This document shows positions 57,910 through 64,000 of a stretch of DNA of 64,000 bases, piece by piece; position 1 is the stretch's first letter, and each line of letters opens with the position of its first letter. The position numbers were made by a program, and so were the translations under genes. The notes under the pieces were generated by a model, which worked only from the letters and a program-made list of their open reading frames with translations, was not told the DNA's origin and did not search any database. Source of the stretch: Tubiluchus corallicola (lineage: Eukaryota > Animalia > Priapulida); the NCBI GenBank assembly GCA_030141605.1, contig JAQGDQ010000111.1:186001-250000 (forward strand). Direction: 5' to 3'.

Positions 57910-58144
57910 CAGGGTGTTCAGAAAGTCGTTGTGCACATATCTTTATTAACCAACGTTTCAATATAGAATACAGGAAGTAAATATGAATCAGAATTATAAA
58001 CAATGTTCAAAGTGACCCCCATTAATATCAGTACAGGCTTGTATCTTTCTTATTTTGTTTGTACCAAAAGCATTTTGGGATCAAAGGCTGAAATATTAAA
58101 AAAACATGATTAGAAAAGTCCAGAATGACTTTCCGGACACCCCG
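57910..58144. mobile_element. Tc1/mariner-like MITE
   Basis: TA|cagggtgttcagaaagtc ... gactttccggacaccccg|CA: 18-bp imperfect TIRs with TA on the left and a probably mutated TA on the right. Confidence 0.78.
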
Positions 58145-58438
58145 CAAAACTACGGCCTTAGTTTTCTCTTAGGTCCCTGACTTAAGTCCTTCAACTGATG
58201 CAATTCAACTATACTTTAGTGCAAAGCAGAAATCATTCGTGTGCCATAATCAATAGTTACTTTTAGTTTATGCTAAATATCTCTCAAAAATTTGTCAAAA
58301 TTTTCCTCACTTTAGTACTAACTTGTGATGAATAGTTTACAGTCTTGTACAGCCTGTCTTCTTCACACAGTTTTGTTTGAGAACGAAAACTGTGATGCTA
58401 TTGCATGGAATCATCACAGGTTTTTTATGCATTTTCAG

Positions 58439-58515
58439 AAATACAAAGAAACCGAGAGTTTTATAAAAATGCTGATGTTAGACCTCCGTTTACGTATGCA
58501 TCCCTAATTAGACAG
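58439..58515 (+). CDS. FoxP: FoxP coding exon, start of forkhead domain (phase 1-0)
   Basis: attttcag acceptor, gtgagg donor; (E)[25 protein letters not shown]. Confidence 0.97.
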
Positions 58516-59636
58516 GTGAGGATAAGACATGATTTTACAGTTTCTCAATGTTTTGGCTTTTAATCATTACTTTAGTAGAGATTCTAGAGCTTTTTGTAAT
58601 GCGAAATCTTAATTTGTAAGCTCAGTTAGACTGAACTCGCTGCTATAAATTTTGTAAACTAACTTTAACTGAAAAAAAAGAAACTTGGCCGAGTTTATAA
58701 TGTTGATGGTTAAGACAGGGCCTAAACTCAGTTAATTGTCTAAACTAATCTTTTAAGACGAGATACTGAACCAATAGAAGCTGCTTACCATTGCCTGACA
58801 TGTCTGACATGCTGCTTTAATGAAAGAAGTGACTGGGCAGTAAGGCAAATAAAATCATCCCGAAGCAGTATTCCTAGTGGTTACATATCCATTTAGTAAC
58901 TAGGCACAATTTTGTTTAACTTTTGTCACCTAGTGCACACTACTCACTTATGCTCTTTACTGAAATGTGAAAAAAGTGCAATTAGCCTGAGATATATACA
59001 GATTTAGGAAGTTTGGAAAATAATCTTATGCAACTGAACTATGTATCCACAAGGTGCTCGAAAGCTTCCTTATTTTATCTGTGCATTTGTACGTTTTTTG
59101 TGGTCTTCTCTGTCATTAATGCGCTTTGGTTGACCGACTTTATATGAGGTTCGCCATTGTTTTGATTATATAAGGTTTTCTTTAATTTTTCATGAGTTTC
59201 GTCATCACCATGAATACCGTGATGTTCCACAAAAACTGACTACTCATTTTGTAAATTGACCTTGTGTCAGGTGAACAGAGTGCACGAAAGAGCATTTTTG
59301 ACTTCAAACCCACATAAGGAAATAACGCCAGTTTCTAACACTAGAGAGATACACTGGTCAATTCTTTTGTGGGATAACTCTTGCACAGTTTCCTGTGATC
59401 ATTTACAAGTTCATCGTCCTGAAAGGGAAGACGGGTTAACTTGTGTGACAAAACTACATTTACCCAAAAATTGGAAACTGTTTGCACATAGTTCCCTGCC
59501 CCACCCTCTTAGCTTGATTCTGACTGCATGTCACATTATCCATGCAGCTTTCGTAACATCACTTCTGCTTAGTATTCACGCCTTGTCGTCATCTCTTTTT
59601 TCCACTCTCTAAAAACCCTGTTTTCTTATCCTCTCC

Positions 59637-59743
59637 TGTTTACACGCCCTTGTTTATGCGTCCCTGCTCGTTTTGTTTGTGCCCAGACGATTGTTTATCT
59701 TGCATCTACTGGGTTGTTTATCTTTGCCAAGCGCTTTGTTTAC
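59637..59743. promoter_or_regulatory. Co-oriented forkhead motif array
   Basis: TGTTTAC at 59637 and 59737; TGTTTAT at 59651, 59692 and 59715. Confidence 0.5.
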
Positions 59744-60970
59744 CCGCCTTCTTCGGCAAAACGAGCACCTTGTTTGGTTTATGCTTTAATGCACGCTGAT
59801 GGTTTATTCAGTGGATGAGAGAGAAATTATCTCGATGGGTCGGCAGACGGACGCATTGTCCCCGAGTTGAATTCATTCACTCAGCTGCCGGCTGAATTAA
59901 AATTATATTTTATTTACTTAGCGGCCGTATGTGGAAGTGGGCAAAACATGTCCGCTGTTTCTTCATACTTGTTTGTCGTGCGCCGTCTTTCATTTCTCGC
60001 TGAAAATAATCAATTGCTAACACGTTTACGCTCTGTAAATGGACATCTTTCACGGTAATGAACTACTTCCATATCGTAACTTTTGCGAGCACCCTTTTCA
60101 TACATTCTTCTCCCATTAATTGCACAGTTGCGTATTACTTGTTGTTAATTGTTAGAAAAGTCTGTTTCGAATGAGTTTGTTGCTGAACTGTAATGGCATC
60201 ATTTCTTTACGACCGCTTATGAGTGAGTTCTCTCGTGTGTTCTTTTTGGAACTTGTAACCCACATCTCTAGTTGTTCTTGTTCTTGATTTCCCATTGAAA
60301 ATCACGTTGATTCTTAGCATGGGTAATTTACTCATTTTGCAGTACTTGTGTTTTCAAATTCAACATTCTGGCCATACTTTTCAGGTTAAAAGTCGACGTT
60401 ATATTTTCATTTGTAAGATTGAAAAGTCATAATCACGTCATTGCTTCATTAAGGACCGAAGTGAATACTGTTTAGAGTTTTTATTAATGCATTTTTAGCA
60501 AAAATTTGTTTTATGTTTCCTAAAATGACTCTTTGGTAAGGAAGCTGTAAACAAAAAGTCTATCTAAGATAATATGTATAGCAAACTGGTGTTGTGTAAT
60601 TAAATATTATTATAATTTTCGAGTTTATGATATTGAAGGGGTCATAACTTCCAGTACTATTTGTTTCTAGTCAATGGATGGAGCCACAGGATTTCTATAG
60701 TATGCTTTTTGTCTTAATCCAGAAATTCTGATGTATCGTCACCTACCATCATGAATTGTGTATTATCAAGTTTGTGTAGGCTTTATCAACTACATGACAC
60801 TATAACGTTATTGTATTTGTACCTTTCTGGCGGCTTTCTGTGTAATATTTAAATTTAAATTTTTTATTGCTTGTTTGTTAGAAGTGGCTTGGCACTGCTT
60901 TGCTGTTTTTGGTTTTTGCCTTCCTTTTTTATCTAATTGACAATTTCACCACAAGGTGTCTCTTTTTCAG

Positions 60971-61072
60971 GCGATCATTGAAGCGCCGAATAAAGAACTC
61001 ACCCTAAACGACATTTACAACTGGTTTCAATCCAACTTTCTTTACTTCCGGAAAAACGTGGCCGCCTGGAAG
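60971..61072 (+). CDS. FoxP: FoxP forkhead middle exon, copy A (putative mutually exclusive; phase 0-0)
   Basis: tctttttcag acceptor, gtactg donor; 102 nt, [34 protein letters not shown]. Confidence 0.93.
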
Positions 61073-61133
61073 GTACTGCACTTTTGTTTTTGTTCTATTT
61101 AATGGTGTTTTTTACGACATTGTGTATATGTAG

Positions 61134-61235
61134 GCTATTATTGAAGCTCCCTTCTATCAGTTGACACTGAGTGAAATTTATCAATGGTTTATGAGGAATT
61201 TTGCATACTTTCGCCAAAATACTCACACTTGGAAG
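61134..61235 (+). CDS. FoxP: FoxP forkhead middle exon, copy B (putative mutually exclusive; phase 0-0)
   Basis: tgtag acceptor, gtacta donor; 102 nt, [34 protein letters not shown]; same length and phase as copy A. Confidence 0.92.
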
Positions 61236-62480
61236 GTACTAACTTTTGTTTATATTATGTGAATTTAACAGTGGAGTTTCGTTCAGTAAAAGTACAGGCA
61301 AATAGGAAACATAGATGTACAGCTGTAGTTCATGTAGAAGACTAAGAGCAGTACCTGTTTAGTAGAAATATTAGTTTCTAACAGTAGAGTCTGTTTTATT
61401 TTATGCAAAATAACCTTCTGTATGTGTGCAGCTTAAAACTGTATAATTAAATTTTCTTACACTTGTGTAATAACAGTAAATTGTTGTTGGCAATTTTGGC
61501 TACAAAAAAGTTTTTCAGTCATACAATGATGTTTCATTCTCGACTTAAATCACTTAGTAAATTTTCTACATGTTTTATGGACCGAGACATTGAGAATAAT
61601 GTGCATTTATTTGTAGGGTACTTTTTAACCCATGCGTGTGTTGCCTTGGCTGTGCAAGTAGTTATTTTTATTAGCCACCTGATGGCGGCACAGAGAAGTG
61701 TATTAGAAATGAGACCATTCCTTCCCTCTTCCTCTATAATGCCATATCTTCTTTTAAAAACATTGTAAAATGAATTTATCCACACTGCAAGTTAGTATTA
61801 TATTTGTCAAAATGCTGATATTCGGCTGCTTTTTGTTGCAGTTTTAACTTATTTCACGTAATTATTTTGTTTAATTAACAGTTGAATGAAGTCATGTTCA
61901 TTTCTGCCACAAGTTTCAAATCTCCATTTTGCTGAATGATAACATCGTCCAGTAAAATACTGATAGAACGCTGTTTACAAAATGTTGCAATAAGTGGGAA
62001 TGTCCACGATTCTCTAAGAAGCTTTAACTTAGTAGGGAGGCATAAGAAGAAATTTTTTGGTAAAAGAGGATAGGATAGTGATGACCCGCAAAGGAGGGAA
62101 TCTTTCTAAATAGGCAGAGTTGATATGTCTGCTTTATCTTACAGCTGTGTTATTTTTTGTTTGTTTTGCAAGAATATTTTTTGCCGGGAAGTTTCAGTCC
62201 AGCGAAATATTGTACATGCAATTTTTTGTTGAGTTGTACTTTAAATTTAAAAATTCTTGTTTTGCCTTGTGTGAAGAAATATTTACAAAGTTTTTTTAAG
62301 TAAAATTGATTTTTATTTGCTGCTTCTAATATGCTCGAACTTCAACAGAAAACTTGTGCATGAAACCCCATGCTATAGCTGCTTATTGTAGTGTTGTTTT
62401 TGTCCAGAATAGCTGTTGCTTGGCTGCCATTGGCTTCTTATAGCTTTGCTATTTGCTAATATTTGTTTCTCATCCCGTAG

Positions 62481-62605
62481 AATGCTGTGCGGCACAACCT
62501 AAGCCTTCATAAGTGTTTTATGCGTGTGGAGAATGTTAAAGGAGCGGTGTGGACGGTCGACGAGATCGAATTCTACAAACGACGGCCTCAGAGGATGTCT
62601 AGCGG
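62481..62605 (+). CDS. FoxP: FoxP forkhead recognition-helix exon, canonical type (copy C; phase 0-2)
   Basis: tttctcatcccgtag acceptor, gtaggt donor; [41 protein letters not shown](G). Confidence 0.96.
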
Positions 62606-62614
62606 GTAGGTGTC

Positions 62615-62702
62615 GTCAGCGTACGTTGACCCCGGCATGTCCTCGAACTTCGGCGGTCGGCCGCCTGCCTTACCGTCGGTTCGGGCAACTTGCCGGAGAT
62701 CA
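62615..62702 (+). other. Intronic RNA stem-loop(s) between exons C and D
   Basis: ccggca (62632-37) pairs with tgccgg (62691-96); cc(t)cgaac with gttcggg; cggcggt with accgtcg (one G-U); ggc with gcc; a small near-palindrome gtcagcgtacgttgac (62615-30) lies just upstream. GC-rich island in AT-rich introns. Confidence 0.75.
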
Positions 62703-62747
62703 TTTCTTCTTTCTAACTGTTTGTCTTTTTTGTTTTTCGTCTCTCAG

Positions 62748-62893
62748 AACGCCATACGTACCAACTTGTCGCTGCATAAATGTTTTGTAAGAATCGAGGA
62801 CGAATTTGGATCCTTCTGGATGGTCGATGACGACGAATTTGCATTGCGGCGCCATCTAACACGTGGCCGACCGCGCAAATACATCGATGTACA
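62748..62893 (+). CDS. FoxP: FoxP forkhead recognition-helix exon, alternative type (copy D, FOXP1 exon-18b-like; phase 0-2, or stop at 62895-62897 if unspliced)
   Basis: ttctaac branch site, long pyrimidine tract, ctctcag acceptor; [48 protein letters not shown](Q); ca|gtaaga donor in the same phase as copy C. Confidence 0.94.
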
Positions 62894-64000
62894 GTAAGAG
62901 TACCATTCAAAAATTTAGACGTGGAAAATTCACAAGTGGAAATCTTCACCACATATTAGTTATCAGTCTACAGACTGTTCTTTTAATGCATTTCCTTGTC
63001 GACCAGAGCAAAATAAGTAATGTGTCTGAAGTTGAGAAAGATCCAGAATTCCAAATTCGCGATCTTGCAAGATATTTGCGACTGACTCATTATTTTGTTG
63101 TTATTTATTTTCTTAGTTGTTGTGTTATAAATTTTCTTCTGGGTGTGGTGAAGGTTTCTGTGCTTGCTTATAAGTGTATTCAGCATGTTGTGTGTAACAA
63201 ATTCTAATTAAATGGATCATGCATGGAGCGAGATACTGTTTCACATACCGAGTTGAATCGATAATAATAATTGGGTCCATCGTACATCTATTAAAGGCAT
63301 GCAGTGAAGTAGTTGAATTGCTTTTTGTGGATATGTTTTGTTGTAACTCAGTTTTATGTGTAGATTAAATAAAATATCTGGCATAGTTTGTACGTGCCAG
63401 GCAGATGAGCATGTTTATTATTACATGTAAGTGCGACTTCGCTAATGTACAATGGACTGTATTTTGTTGGTAGTAGATGTTTGTTCTGCAAAATTTTATA
63501 AATGATAAATATTGTCAATAAATTCTAATCTAATCTGATGTATAACAGGTATAGATCATTCTAGCATCCTGCAGTATTTCGGCTATTGTTTAGTGTGTTT
63601 ATCAATTATTGTTCTAGATCAGTGTACTTAACCTATACGTGCCGGCATCCCCATGGGCGCGAGATATTGTTTTTGAGGGTGTGAGAATTTTCTTAAAGAC
63701 AGCATTTTCGTTTTGCTCTTCGTCATTTAGTGTTTCATAGTTTTTTTTTGTTTCAAGTTGTCAAGTCGTTGAATTTCTTTATACTTTGACTCTACATTCT
63801 TACAATCTTCATCTTTGTCCTTGTTTGGTTATGCATCAGTTTTGGCATAACCTTCTATGCAGATATACGTAGACGTGTGAAAGGTGATTATAAGTCTTCA
63901 GCACTGGAGGTGCAGTATGCAATTTAAAATTTCAGTGGGTGCCTGCATAAAAAATGTTAAGCTTCACTGTTCTAGATTATGTACACTTTTTGCTTTCTGA

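Noticed and set aside
60971-62897. Duplicated exons as an assembly artefact or a second FoxP paralogue
   Set aside because: The copies are highly diverged at synonymous sites, flanking introns are not duplicated, and all other exons are single-copy.
62524-63207. Overlapping ORFs 62524-62790, 62610-62897, 62713-62952 and 62863-63207 as separate genes
   Set aside because: Off-frame or partial readings of FoxP exons C/D and the GC-rich intron; only the 3' part of 62610-62897 is real coding sequence (exon D).
63000-64000. Next FoxP exon (C-terminal tail)
   Set aside because: No phase-2 exon with FoxP tail similarity was seen; it presumably lies beyond the window.

Overview
Eukaryotic, AT-rich, microsatellite-rich genomic DNA from an invertebrate bilaterian (species not identifiable by eye). 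Almost all ORFs in the supplied track are spurious. The window is dominated by one large intron-rich FoxP (forkhead box P) gene on the + strand. Twelve coding exons could be read with consistent GT-AG boundaries and splice phases between 24785 and ~62893: Q-rich N-terminus, C2H2 zinc finger, leucine zipper, Pro-rich/PLALV segment and forkhead domain. The start codon exon was not identified and the C-terminal exon(s) appear to lie beyond the window. The highlight is the forkhead domain, which is encoded by TWO consecutive tandem-duplicated exon pairs. Pair 1 (60971-61072 / 61134-61235, helix 1 end to the H2/hinge region) is separated by only 61 nt, and I do not know it from other FoxP genes. 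Pair 2 (62481-62605 / 62748-62893) is the known NAVRHN vs NAIRTN recognition-helix switch, here separated by a GC-rich intron that folds into a long hairpin. Together they could give up to four different DNA-binding domains from one gene. Introns and upstream DNA carry many clustered forkhead (TGTTTAC) and RFX X-box motifs, several CCAAT/E-box promoter-like islands, several MITEs (hAT-like and Tc1/mariner-like), a decayed LINE RT fragment, a 26-bp minisatellite and many microsatellites.
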